A stretch of DNA of 64,000 nt from Clostridiaceae bacterium (lineage in GTDB: Bacteria; Bacillota; Clostridia; CAYPLH01; DUMO01). Where the stretch lies: assembly GCA_012839865.1 (NCBI GenBank), contig DUMO01000041.1, positions 4,883-68,882 on the forward strand, in the 5' to 3' direction. Positions 53,760 through 63,708 of this stretch are shown here, one piece after another. The first letter of the stretch is position 1; each line of letters opens with the position of its first letter. The position numbers were made by a program, and so were the translations under genes. Under the pieces are notes generated by a model that saw only the letters and a list, made by a program, of their open reading frames with translations, did no database searches and was not told the DNA's origin.

Positions 53760-53897
53760 TTAATTGCTGACTGCAACCTCATCCTTTGCAATTGTCTCCT
53801 GCTGATTTGTACTTTTTTGCAGAATTTCCTTAAGTGCCAAATATGCCTCGATATTGCCCGTTCTTAAAAATGCATTCCAAAGAAAATCCTTCAACAA
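53760..53897 (-). CDS. yqzL: YqzL-family small protein (45 aa)
   Basis: Not in the ORF track. RBS GAGGGGG; MLKDFLWNAFLRTGNIEAYLALKE... has the W..F..TGNI..YL motif and lies between era and recO. Confidence 0.85.
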   Translation of the reverse strand: MLKDFLWNAFLRTGNIEAYLALKEILQKSTNQQETIAKDEVAVSN

Positions 53898-54093
53898 ATA
53901 TAATCCCCCTCGCTGTCATTTGTTTGATTAGCAATATGACCTTTCTGAAAATAGTCCTTATATATTTATATTTCTCCAAAATAAAGACCTTATACCTTGT
54001 AAATTCATCATGGGATGGATTAATCAGCATCACTTTTTAAAAACTTTAACAATACAAAGCAATCAACGCAAGGTACTGCCATGCTTTCAAAAA

Positions 54094-54978
54094 TCAATTA
54101 TAACCAAGCATTTTTAGCATGCTTTCGTTGTTCCTCCAATCATCCTTTACCTTCACCCAAAGTTCAAGATAGACTTTAACCCCAAGCAGGCCCTCAATTT
54201 CAAAACGCGCTCTTGAGCCTATTTCTTTGAGCATTTTTCCGCCTTTTCCAATTATAATTCCTTTATGGGAATCCTTCTCGCAATATATTACAGCCCTGAT
54301 CTCAACTAAATCCTTGTCCTGTCTTTCATTGAATTGTGTAACCTCAACTCCCACCCCGTAGGGAATTTCATCGCTCAAAAGGTGAAAGGCCTGTTCCCGG
54401 ATAAATTCCGCAACAATGGCCCTTTCCGGCTGGTCCGTAGTAAAATCATCGTCGAAATAGCGCGGCCCTTCAGGAAGCACCGCAACAATCTCATTGATGA
54501 TTATATCAACACCTTCCCCTGTAATTGCTGAAACAGGGATAATCGCTTTGAAGTCCATTTCTTTGCTGCAGCTTTCAATCATGGGCAGCAATTTCCCTTT
54601 TTCAATCATGTCAATTTTATTTATAATCAAATATACCGGGGTCTTCAGGCTCTTCAGCTTCTCCACGGTATCCTTGTCCCAGCTGTCACTCCATGTGGCA
54701 TCAACCATGTAAAGCACTGCATCCACTTCATTCATGGTGGTAAATACAAGGTTTACCATGTATTCCCCCAGTTTATTCTTTGCTTTATGGATGCCCGGCG
54801 TATCAATGAATACTATCTGAAAGTCTTGTCTTGTGACAATCCCCCGGATTGTATTCCTTGTGGTTTGCGGTTTTTTTGAAGTAATAGCCACCTTTTCACC
54901 TGTCAATGCATTCAGAAGAGTTGACTTGCCAACATTAGGCTTTCCGATAATAGTTACAAATCCTGATTTGAAAGACAT
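54094..54978 (-). CDS. era: GTPase Era
   Basis: GKPNVGKST, PQTTR, DTPG, NKID, IIGKGG KH domain. Confidence 0.98.
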   Translation of the reverse strand: MSFKSGFVTIIGKPNVGKSTLLNALTGEKVAITSKKPQTTRNTIRGIVTRQDFQIVFIDTPGIHKAKNKLGEYMVNLVFTTMNEVDAVLYMVDATWSDSWDKDTVEKLKSLKTPVYLIINKIDMIEKGKLLPMIESCSKEMDFKAIIPVSAITGEGVDIIINEIVAVLPEGPRYFDDDFTTDQPERAIVAEFIREQAFHLLSDEIPYGVGVEVTQFNERQDKDLVEIRAVIYCEKDSHKGIIIGKGGKMLKEIGSRARFEIEGLLGVKVYLELWVKVKDDWRNNESMLKMLGYN

Positions 54979-55074
54979 AAACAACCTCCGGTTAACAATT
55001 TCATGTATTACAGTTCAACTTCAATGACAGCAAAACCGTCCCCATTAGCTCGATAAATTAATAATTTTTGAATA

Positions 55075-55458
55075 CTATAATGAAAACCTTTTAGGCAAAA
55101 GGTCTTCCAGGCTGTAAACTACATAGTCACCGTTTCCCCTGCCGCACAGTATCTTTGTTTCATTATCGCAAAACTCTCCGACTACCTGCAGGCAAATGCC
55201 ACAGGGGAAAATTTCATCCTCAGTATCGGCTGCCACGGCTAAAGCCTTTATCTTGTGGTTTCCGTCAAGTACAGCCCTGAAAATGGCACTGCGCTCTGCA
55301 CAAACTGTGGCTCCATAACTTGAATTTTCAATGTTCGCTCCGGTATATACCTTACCGTTCTCCATAATAACTGCCGCTCCGACCCTGAAATTCGAGTATG
55401 GAGAATATGACATGTTTTTAGCTTCCTTTGCCATTTTATATAGTTCCAAATAATCCAA
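55075..55458 (-). CDS. cdd: Cytidine deaminase
   Basis: YSPYSNFRVGAA, NIEN, CAER, PCGIC. Start set to TTG 55458 after GGGGG. Confidence 0.95.
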   Translation of the reverse strand: MDYLELYKMAKEAKNMSYSPYSNFRVGAAVIMENGKVYTGANIENSSYGATVCAERSAIFRAVLDGNHKIKALAVAADTEDEIFPCGICLQVVGEFCDNETKILCGRGNGDYVVYSLEDLLPKRFSL

Positions 55459-55568
55459 TTTTGTACCCCCTGTATTTTGTTCTTCTATTTTTGTAAAAAA
55501 ATCATAGACACCTTTTGCTGATAATCTTTTGCTGCAGGCTACCCTTATGGTACCTGCTGAGCGGCACC

Positions 55569-56276
55569 TCAACTTCCGTTGAAAAATAACTGGAAAACCA
55601 GCAAAGTAACAAGGAAACCCAATACTGCGCCTGCTATAAGTTCAAATATGGTGTGAAATTTTGCTTCAAGCCTGCTTTGAACCACAAGCAGGGCAATTAT
55701 CAGGCAAAAAACGACAATTATCGTATTGTCTGTCAGGAAGGCTACGGCAGTTGTTATGGAAAAAGCAATGGCTGAATGACCGCTGGGCATGCCTCCCTGA
55801 AAAGGTGTTCCTTTTTCAATAATAAATTTTATCACCAGCACGAGAAAAATCGTGATTGCAAGAGCGATAATTGTAATATGTACCGGCGACTCTCTAATTA
55901 TTCTCAAGCCTGCCTCAAGGTCAAACCTGAACTTGTCAAAAAATATAAAATAGGCCGCAATAAGTGAAAAAAAAGCTGATACAAGCACGGCACCCGCTGC
56001 TATGTCCTTTACTTTTTTGGCCTTTGGATGATAGACATCAACAATAGTATCCATTAACATTTCAATTGCAGTATTGAGAAGCTCGCATATAAAAACCAGT
56101 GCTATAGCTGCACAAACCACCAGCAATTCCATTCTGGTAAGCCTGTAGAAGAAGCTTAAGACCAATACCAGTACAGCCGCTGTTATATGCAATTTCATGT
56201 TTTTTTCTCTTTTTATTGTGTGAATAATTCCGCTTACAGCATTGTTAAAGCTGTCCACCAGATTTTTATTCTTCAT
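55569..56276 (-). CDS. dgkA: Undecaprenol/diacylglycerol kinase fused to a PAP2-like domain
   Basis: ELLNTAIE, KDIAAGAV, GGMPSGHS, QSR. Confidence 0.92.
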   Translation of the reverse strand: MKNKNLVDSFNNAVSGIIHTIKREKNMKLHITAAVLVLVLSFFYRLTRMELLVVCAAIALVFICELLNTAIEMLMDTIVDVYHPKAKKVKDIAAGAVLVSAFFSLIAAYFIFFDKFRFDLEAGLRIIRESPVHITIIALAITIFLVLVIKFIIEKGTPFQGGMPSGHSAIAFSITTAVAFLTDNTIIVVFCLIIALLVVQSRLEAKFHTIFELIAGAVLGFLVTLLVFQLFFNGS

Positions 56277-56769
56277 TTTCCCTCTTTAAATTCATTTTGT
56301 TCAGAACATTCTCCTGCATGCCCATCATCAATTTTTCATCCTCGGGGTTTACGTGGTCAAATCCTAAAAGATGAAAAACTCCATGGGTCAATAAAAAGGT
56401 AATTTCCCTTTCAAAGCTGTGTCCATACAGTTCTGACTGCTTTATTGCCGTTTCTATGGATATAATAATATCTCCCAGCACCAGCAGGTTCTGGTCCAGG
56501 TCAAAGTCGGACTCACTTGGTGTAAAGCTGCCATGGTCTATTTCAAGCAGCGGGAAGGAAAGCACATCCGTTGGCCTGTCAATATTCCTGTAATCACGGT
56601 TGACTTCTCTTATATATTCATCATCAACAAGATAGACGCTTATCTCAGAAGGCATATCAAATTCAACTTCTTTAAGGCACAATAATGCAGCCTTTTCCAG
56701 GGTCTCGTAAAGCTCATTGGTTAATTCTTTCGTATTTTGCAGGTTCTCTATTATCATTTTCATCATCAA
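56266..56769 (-). CDS. ybeY: rRNA maturation endoribonuclease YbeY
   Basis: PTDVLSFP, LGDIIIS, HGVFHLLGFDH. Confidence 0.97.
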   Translation of the reverse strand: MMMKMIIENLQNTKELTNELYETLEKAALLCLKEVEFDMPSEISVYLVDDEYIREVNRDYRNIDRPTDVLSFPLLEIDHGSFTPSESDFDLDQNLLVLGDIIISIETAIKQSELYGHSFEREITFLLTHGVFHLLGFDHVNPEDEKLMMGMQENVLNKMNLKRENEE

Positions 56770-59008
56770 TTTCCTTACCTTCCTGTTTCATCTGGTCAAT
56801 TGCCATTTGCACGGGATCTTCTATGTATTGTTCAGATGCCTGTTCTTTGGATTTTAATTCGGGATAAATCTCCCTCCCATGGAAATATCCGCTGAATACC
56901 CTGATAAAAGCCTTGGCAATGGCATCAAGATCTTTAAAAGTAAGTTCACAGTTGTCAAGCTGCCCTTCATCCAGCCTTTCCTTGATAATTTTTCTGATTA
57001 AGCCTTCTATTTTGCCTTCTGTTTTATCAGCCATGGACCTTACTGCAGCTTCCACAGAATCGGCAAGCATAACAACTGCAGCCTCCCTGGTCTGAGGTTT
57101 GGGTCCCTCATATCTGAACTTTTCTTCTTTCACTGTTTCCAACTTCTCAGTATTCTTTGCCTTGTGGTAAAAATAAATCATTAGGGTGGTTCCATGATGC
57201 TGTTTGATTATATCCCTGACTGCAGCAGGAATTTTATATTTTTTTGCCAGCTCATAACCATCCTTGGTGTGGGAGACTATGACAAGAGCGCTCAAGTTGG
57301 CGGTCATTCTCTCATGAGGATTGTCGGCCAGTTGGTTTTCCCTGAAAAAATACGGTCTTCTCAGTTTCCCAATATCATGGTAGTATGCTCCCACCCTGGC
57401 AAGCAATGAATTGCTTCCTATTGATTCAGCAGCCTCCTCTGCCAGGTTTCCCACCATCAGGCTGTGGTGGTATGTACCCGGAGCTTCAAGGAGCAGTCTT
57501 TTCATCAGCGGTTGGGTTGGATTTGCAAGCTCCATCAGCTTCAAAGGAGTAATGACATTAAAGGTGCTTTCCCAGAAGGGCAGAATTCCAATGGTCACTA
57601 TCATTGATACAATTCCGTTCAGGAATGCAAGAAAACAGTCCCTTGTTATTGCTTCCAATGTATTCTTGCTCAATATTCCATAACACATGATTATAAGCAC
57701 ATTTATAAGCCCCACTAAAAGGCCGGCTACTGCGAGTTTGCTTCTTTGATTCATTTTTGAAACAAAAAATGCTGACAGGGTACCGCTTATAAGTCCCATG
57801 TAAATAAAACCCGGATTGGCTTTCATGAGGATGGATAATGCAGCAACAAGTATAAAATTGACTATTACCGCAAGTTTTACATCCAGCAGAATTGAAATGG
57901 TCATAGCCGCAATGAAGATTGGAATTGCAGCAGGAGAGGCAATGCTGTATATCCCCCTCCCCAGGCCAAGGGTCAACAAAATGGTAATACATATGATCAA
58001 GACATTATTCCTGGTCTGCAACATCGCCCTGTTGAAATTATAGACATACATCACGAAAACAACTGCCAGCAAAAGAACAAATACAAATACGCCAACTGCA
58101 GTCATATAATCAAAATTGCCTTTTTTCTCAATCAGGTTAAGCTCCACCAGCATGCTTAGTATATCCTCGGTTACAATATCGCCGCTGCTTATGATTTTTT
58201 CTCCTTCCAGGACCCTTTCGGTTTTGGCAGCTTCCTCATAAGCATCTTCATAAGCCTGTTTGCGCTTGATCTCAGTTTCTTCAAGGTCAATGACCCGGTT
58301 GGGCTTTATTATTGTCTGAACCAGAAGAGAACCGATATTCTTCAGATCCTGGCTGAGATTCTTGTGCTGGAATTCAGTCTGCATTTCCATGATAACACTG
58401 GCAAGATTCTCCTGGGTTATTTCCCCCATCATCCGTTCCCAAATCATATCCATGGTGATTTTTTTAAGGTTTTCAATATCTTCATCGGTTGCCGTTTTTA
58501 TAATGTAACTGACTTGCTGCTCTGAAAGGGGAATTTTCATTTTATTGATTTCCGCAATTAAATCCGCAGCTGCTTTTTCCTGGGCTTCATTTAATTTCAG
58601 GGCATAATCTTCGGTGCCTTTTGCCACATTCTCCATTTCTTTTTGAACAAACTTTCTTGATTTTTCTATTTGACTGATAAAATTGTCGACACTGCTGGAA
58701 ACAGCATACAAAACAGTATCGTCCCTACGTATTACAGGCTCAACGGCATCCTGCACCAGCAATGCTTTTTCCTCGGCCTTCATTTTATTCACTACATCCT
58801 TTGTTGCATAAATATCTACCGGAGCCCTGTCCCCTACTTCCAGATTATATTTTCTGTTAATAATACCGCTTTGAATTATCAGGAAAGATAAAAGCAATGT
58901 TGTGATTCCTATAAGCCAGATATGGAATTCCCTGCTTTTTAGAAAATTTAAAATACCACTTGTTTTCCCGTTATCATTATTAGTTTTTTTATCGTCCATC
59001 CGTTTCAT
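56714..59008 (-). CDS. pgpH: 7TM-HD family phosphohydrolase (PgpH-like c-di-AMP phosphodiesterase)
   Basis: Extracellular domain, 7 TM, APGTYHHS, YYHDIGK, QHHGT, LADSVEAA; between phoH and ybeY. Confidence 0.88.
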   Translation of the reverse strand: MKRMDDKKTNNDNGKTSGILNFLKSREFHIWLIGITTLLLSFLIIQSGIINRKYNLEVGDRAPVDIYATKDVVNKMKAEEKALLVQDAVEPVIRRDDTVLYAVSSSVDNFISQIEKSRKFVQKEMENVAKGTEDYALKLNEAQEKAAADLIAEINKMKIPLSEQQVSYIIKTATDEDIENLKKITMDMIWERMMGEITQENLASVIMEMQTEFQHKNLSQDLKNIGSLLVQTIIKPNRVIDLEETEIKRKQAYEDAYEEAAKTERVLEGEKIISSGDIVTEDILSMLVELNLIEKKGNFDYMTAVGVFVFVLLLAVVFVMYVYNFNRAMLQTRNNVLIICITILLTLGLGRGIYSIASPAAIPIFIAAMTISILLDVKLAVIVNFILVAALSILMKANPGFIYMGLISGTLSAFFVSKMNQRSKLAVAGLLVGLINVLIIMCYGILSKNTLEAITRDCFLAFLNGIVSMIVTIGILPFWESTFNVITPLKLMELANPTQPLMKRLLLEAPGTYHHSLMVGNLAEEAAESIGSNSLLARVGAYYHDIGKLRRPYFFRENQLADNPHERMTANLSALVIVSHTKDGYELAKKYKIPAAVRDIIKQHHGTTLMIYFYHKAKNTEKLETVKEEKFRYEGPKPQTREAAVVMLADSVEAAVRSMADKTEGKIEGLIRKIIKERLDEGQLDNCELTFKDLDAIAKAFIRVFSGYFHGREIYPELKSKEQASEQYIEDPVQMAIDQMKQEGKEIDDENDNREPAKYERINQ

Positions 59009-60000
59009 TTTTCGCCCCCCGATTGGTTGACCTGACGCATTTTTTCATCATATCTGTCATAAGCCTTGATTATTTTCTGCACCAGTTCATGCCTTATCAC
59101 ATCCCGGTCAGTCAGGTAAACAAATTCAATTCCCTTTATGTTTTTTAAAATTTTCATAACTTCCTTAAGACCGGATTTTTTATTTTCCGGCAAGTCTATC
59201 TGGGTAATGTCCCCAGTCACCACAACTTTTGAACCAAAACCCATACGGGTCAGAAACATCTTCATCTGTTCAGGTGTTGTATTTTGTGCTTCATCAAGTA
59301 TAATGAATGAATCATCCAGGGTCCGCCCCCTCATATAAGCCAGGGGTGCCACCTCTATTGCACCTTTTTCCATATGCTTGTGATAAGTTTCAGGTCCCAT
59401 TATTTCATGCAATGAATCATATAAAGGCCTTAAATAAGGATCAACCTTGTTTTGCAAATCTCCCGGAAGGAATCCAAGCTTTTCCCCTGCTTCAACAGCC
59501 GGTCTTGTAAGAATAATCCTGCTGACCTCCCGGTTCTTAAAAGCAGTAACAGCCATGGCAACCGCAAGAAATGTTTTTCCCGTTCCTGCAGGTCCAATGC
59601 TGAAAACAACATCATTATTCCTGATTGCATCAATATATTGTCTCTGGCCATGGGTTTTCGATTTTATCTTTTTCCCCCGGGCTGTCAAACAAATAAAATC
59701 TGAAGAAAAATCATCAACCTTGTCCAACTCATTCTCAGAAGCAAGCCTTGTAAGGTACGCCACACTCTGTTTTGTTATCAAATCACCGCTTTCCGCCATT
59801 TCCATGAGTCTTTTTATAACTTTCTCCGCCTTGTTTACGTTATCTTCCGTTCCTTTAATTTTAATCTGTTCTCCGCAGAGTATAACACTGACATTGAAAT
59901 CATCTTCTATATAGTGGATATTCTCATCATAGTTGCCAAACAGATTAATTGCATGCTCCATAAGGTCAAATGCAATATTCTTTTCTATTACATTTTCCAA
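59005..60000 (-). CDS. phoH: PhoH-family ATPase
   Basis: GPAGTGKT, RPAVEAGEKLGFLPG, MRGRT, DEAQN. Confidence 0.96.
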   Translation of the reverse strand: MENVIEKNIAFDLMEHAINLFGNYDENIHYIEDDFNVSVILCGEQIKIKGTEDNVNKAEKVIKRLMEMAESGDLITKQSVAYLTRLASENELDKVDDFSSDFICLTARGKKIKSKTHGQRQYIDAIRNNDVVFSIGPAGTGKTFLAVAMAVTAFKNREVSRIILTRPAVEAGEKLGFLPGDLQNKVDPYLRPLYDSLHEIMGPETYHKHMEKGAIEVAPLAYMRGRTLDDSFIILDEAQNTTPEQMKMFLTRMGFGSKVVVTGDITQIDLPENKKSGLKEVMKILKNIKGIEFVYLTDRDVIRHELVQKIIKAYDRYDEKMRQVNQSGGEK

Positions 60001-61194
60001 TCACATTCCTCCCAATTCTCTCTGAATACCAATATCTTCTTCACACTCAACTACAACAACTGCATACAGTTTGCCCTCTTCTTCCTTCCATGAAACATTG
60101 GTTCCGATTATTTTTGTTTCAGGCGCAATTTTACGAAGTGCAGCATCATACGCATAATTTGCTGCCAGCTGTCTTGCTTCTTCTTCATCGAGTTCTCTTC
60201 TGTCCAGTCTTACTTCATAAAATTTTTCAATATGAATTCCAAAAGGAAGTACGGCATCTTCTCCTATTCCAAAACTTTTGATTATATCTATTTTATCATA
60301 ATTTTCATAACTTGAATTATTAAAAAACAAACTAATTCTTTTATTAAAAAGAATCAACGAATACCTGTTTTTTACTTTTCCGGTCCTTACTCTCTCAATA
60401 ATAAAGTTTTCTACAATCTTGCTTTCTTCATACCATGTCCGGGCTATAACCTCCCCCATGGCATGTACATATCTTGGTTCCACTCCCTCCACCTTGCTGT
60501 CCACCCTGCCGCCAATCAGCACCTGACCCTTTGATACGGTCTCGCCTTCCTTTACAAGGGTTTTTCCTTCCTTGGCAATAACCATTTTTATAACTCCGTC
60601 TTTTTCTGCCACAACATCACAGGGAACATCTCTTGCAATTAATTCCGGAGCCGGCTTTCGTTCAACGACTTTTACCTTGATTTTGGTGCCTCGCAGCGAA
60701 ACTCCAATCCAGGCAAGTTCATTTATATCCATCATTAAACTGTCAACAATTTTATCCGTGTCTACAGTGTATTTGAAGACACCCGGCTTTGCTCCGAGCA
60801 TGGCAAGTTTTTCACGCAATACATCTGCTGCAATCCGTTCATTTCCCTCAATTTCAACAGCCCATATAAAAGATGTCAGGCCATATAAAATAAAAATAAA
60901 GATCACCGCACCGGCAACAAAAGCTTTTCTCTTCTTATACCTGCTTAAAATAAAAGGCAGGCCTTTTTTCCGGATTATCCTGACGCGGCACCTTGTTTTC
61001 CTGCAAACGGGTCTTAAGAGTTTAAATCCTTTTACACTGACTTTTAAAGTCATTTCTTTACTTTTTATACGCTTTATATGCCAGAGGAAAATTTGCCTAT
61101 GTATACAAATATTAATAAACTTCTCCAAAAAATATCCTTCGACAATTATAATAACATACCCTTTAATAAAGTTCCATAACCTGATAAGCAGCAT
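60001..61194 (-). CDS. yqfD: Sporulation protein YqfD
   Basis: GYV..EG..LEKFIN, KGLPF, VSKGQVLIGG, ARTWY; yqfC-yqfD-phoH synteny. Confidence 0.92.
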   Translation of the reverse strand: MLLIRLWNFIKGYVIIIVEGYFLEKFINICIHRQIFLWHIKRIKSKEMTLKVSVKGFKLLRPVCRKTRCRVRIIRKKGLPFILSRYKKRKAFVAGAVIFIFILYGLTSFIWAVEIEGNERIAADVLREKLAMLGAKPGVFKYTVDTDKIVDSLMMDINELAWIGVSLRGTKIKVKVVERKPAPELIARDVPCDVVAEKDGVIKMVIAKEGKTLVKEGETVSKGQVLIGGRVDSKVEGVEPRYVHAMGEVIARTWYEESKIVENFIIERVRTGKVKNRYSLILFNKRISLFFNNSSYENYDKIDIIKSFGIGEDAVLPFGIHIEKFYEVRLDRRELDEEEARQLAANYAYDAALRKIAPETKIIGTNVSWKEEEGKLYAVVVVECEEDIGIQRELGGM

Positions 61195-61282
61195 TTGCAA
61201 CTCCCCCATACTTTCTTTTGTTGCTCTGTGAAGAGATGTTGTTCATGAAACATTACTTCCTCCAACACATTCGAAAATTTCC

Positions 61283-61597
61283 TCACCTAAAAAATTCAAG
61301 AGAATCAATCTCTCCGTTAATAAGAATGTTTTCGGAGGTTATTTCCCTTAATATCAAATCCCTGCCCGTTATTTTGATAATTCCTTTGCTGGTGTTAACT
61401 CTAATGCGGTCGCTTTCATACTCCACTATTCCCTTATAGTTTTCAATAATAAGGTTTCCGCCATCTATCATGGACAGCTTGGAGGCATTAATTGCAGCTT
61501 CTTTTGGCAATTCCAGGGCTTCCAGGATCTTCTCCTTTACCTTTGATTGCAGTTTACCCTTGTCTTTTCCTTTTTTCCGCTCATTTCTTACAGTCAT
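61283..61597 (-). CDS. yqfC: Sporulation protein YqfC (YabP family)
   Basis: LELPKE, IENYKGIVEY, I.INGEI. Confidence 0.9.
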   Translation of the reverse strand: MTVRNERKKGKDKGKLQSKVKEKILEALELPKEAAINASKLSMIDGGNLIIENYKGIVEYESDRIRVNTSKGIIKITGRDLILREITSENILINGEIDSLEFFR

Positions 61598-61721
61598 TAT
61601 AAAACTCCTTGCATGGTTTATTGCCTGTTTAAAGCATTGAGCTCAGGATAAAAAGTTACATTGATGATGGTTTTTCAGTATCAGACCTTCCCTGCTGAAT
61701 TACTTGTTTTTCATAACCGGA

Positions 61722-62663
61722 TCATTTCAATCTCGGATTGATTTCATCCAGTGTACCTATCCTGTAGCCTTTTGCCTTCACACTCTTGATGATTTTATCC
61801 AGGGCTTGGGCATTATCCTTTGATACTGCATGCAAAAGAAAAATAGCTCCGTTATGAAGGTTATCCATTACTTTGTTATAAGCATAATCAGCACCCCGTA
61901 TTTTGTCCCTGTACCAGTCATCATAGGCAAAACTCCAGAACACATTGCAATATCCAAGACGGCTGGTAATCTCAAGTGTTCTTTCACTGTATTCACCCTT
62001 TGGGGGTCTTAAATATATCATTTCTTTCTTAAACTTCTCATAAAATGCTTTGGAAAGACCAAGAACCTCTTCCTCAATCTGCCTGTCGCTGCATGAAGGA
62101 AGACTTGGATGGTGAACCGTATGATTCCCGACAATATGGCCTTCTTCAACCATTCTTCGAACCAGGTCCTCATGTTCTTTCAAATATGGACCTGTTATGA
62201 AAAAAGCTGCCTTTACATCATTTTCTTTAAGAACATCAAGAATTTTGGGGGTATAGCCGTTTTCATACCCTTCATCAAATGTAAGGTATATTGTTTTTTG
62301 GGAAGTGTCTCCTATGTAAATTCCATAGTATTTTTTCAGTAATTCCGGTGCGCCGGGATCAGCATCAGGCGTCTCATTATTCGGTTTTCTCCTGATTCCC
62401 CAGGACCTGAGATTGTTACTCAATGTACTGTAGGTGGAAATTGCATGATCACTGGGTATATTTGTATATAAACTGTCAATCACGCCTTCACTCAACCGGC
62501 CGCTGACTTCTATCGCCAGATCCAGATCATCGAAGGTGGATGAATAAACACTGTTTAAGTCTATGTAACTTAAACCCGTTTCTTTCATGCAACCGGAAAA
62601 CAGGGTAAGAACAAATGCAAGGATAAGAAAATGGACTATATATTTCACAAACAACACCCCCAA
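61722..62663 (-). CDS. pdaA: Delta-lactam-biosynthetic polysaccharide deacetylase (spore cortex)
   Basis: Lipobox FSGC; IYLTFDEGYENGYT; GNHTVHHPS; RPPKGEYSER; FWSFAY; LLHAVS. Start uncertain. Confidence 0.9.
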   Translation of the reverse strand: MGVLFVKYIVHFLILAFVLTLFSGCMKETGLSYIDLNSVYSSTFDDLDLAIEVSGRLSEGVIDSLYTNIPSDHAISTYSTLSNNLRSWGIRRKPNNETPDADPGAPELLKKYYGIYIGDTSQKTIYLTFDEGYENGYTPKILDVLKENDVKAAFFITGPYLKEHEDLVRRMVEEGHIVGNHTVHHPSLPSCSDRQIEEEVLGLSKAFYEKFKKEMIYLRPPKGEYSERTLEITSRLGYCNVFWSFAYDDWYRDKIRGADYAYNKVMDNLHNGAIFLLHAVSKDNAQALDKIIKSVKAKGYRIGTLDEINPRLK

Positions 62664-62790
62664 AAGATATAAAATCCCGGTTTGGAACCATCAGGATTTC
62701 ATACTGTGCAAAGACCCGTAAAAAGTCCTATACTATTTATATAGTCCATTTAATCAAAAAATGAATAATTTCTATTGCAAAACCTCTGCA

Positions 62791-62889
62791 GTGACGAACT
62801 CCCGCCTCCTAAGAGGCAGGGGCTTCCTGGGACTTACCGGCAATCGCTGGTGTCATTACCAGGCTATCCACGTTCTCCCAACGGTTCTT
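62791..62889 (-). mobile_element. Solo IS200/IS605 right end with TnpB omega-RNA-like scaffold; no tnpB or tnpA
   Basis: Minus strand AAGAACCGTTGGGAGAACGTGGATAGCCTGGTAA...CCCAGGAAGCCCCTGCCTCTTAGGAGGCGGGAGTTCGTCAC: subterminal hairpin and TCAC end motif. Confidence 0.72.
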
Positions 62890-63012
62890 GCAATCTCAAA
62901 TTATTACTGGTTTTGAATGTCAATTGTGAAATATTGCCGTTTAAAATGGATGAATGCTTGAATTCGACAGGTTTACGATATAGAAACTCCTATAAAGAAT
63001 AAAAAATACAAA

Positions 63013-63708
63013 CTAATTATTTATGGGAGTTAATAAATCAGTTTTAATCAGGGCACTGTCGATTTTCGGTATAACAATCTCATCCGACTTTTCAATTTTA
63101 ACCTTCAGTTGGTACAGTTCCAAATTATCAATAATACCACCCAATATTTTTAGCGCTTTTTCCACCTTGTCAGGATCACAAATAGCTTTAATTATATATG
63201 GCGGCGCTATCTGCTGGCTGTTGACCACCATATAGTCACCCGCTTCCCTTACTTCACTCATTGCCACAATACGTTCTCCATTGATGGATATCGCCTGGGC
63301 ATCGGAAGCCCTCAATTCATTCAACACTCTGAGAATATCCGTATCCTGCACTGTAAAAAACGGCCCGTTGTTGTCAATTGTGATTATTATACCTTTGCCT
63401 TTAACTTCCTCAAGACCGGAAAAAATTCTAAGTTGAAACAGCCTGTCTTCCATAAGCTTTGCTTCTTCATCTATGTTACCCCGAATAAGCTGATATTCGC
63501 TTAATTCCTTCTCAAGTCTTTCATTGCGCTGCCTTAACTCTTCGTTTGACTGCTTTTCGAGTAGCAGCAAATCCTTAAGGTCTTCAATTCTTTTATTTTC
63601 GAAATCAGCCACCTGAGCATTATAACTGATGCTTTTATACTGCCAGGTAAGCATTACGCCTAAAATAGTGCAAACAAACATAATCACAATATTGCGCCAT
63701 ATTTTCAT
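63013..63708 (-). CDS. DUF881-family (YlxW/YlxX-like) division-associated protein
   Basis: TM, coiled coil, GKGIIITI, LNELRASDAQAISINGERI, PYIIKAI. Confidence 0.9.
   Translation of the reverse strand: MKIWRNIVIMFVCTILGVMLTWQYKSISYNAQVADFENKRIEDLKDLLLLEKQSNEELRQRNERLEKELSEYQLIRGNIDEEAKLMEDRLFQLRIFSGLEEVKGKGIIITIDNNGPFFTVQDTDILRVLNELRASDAQAISINGERIVAMSEVREAGDYMVVNSQQIAPPYIIKAICDPDKVEKALKILGGIIDNLELYQLKVKIEKSDEIVIPKIDSALIKTDLLTPINN

Noticed and set aside
60572-61231. 219-aa ORF and other long antisense ORFs (e.g. 1530-2138, 27170-27796)
   Set aside because: Antisense shadows of well-supported genes.
62775-63002. 75-aa plus-strand ORF
   Set aside because: Antisense to the IS right-end/omega-RNA scaffold; no transposase or TnpB motifs.
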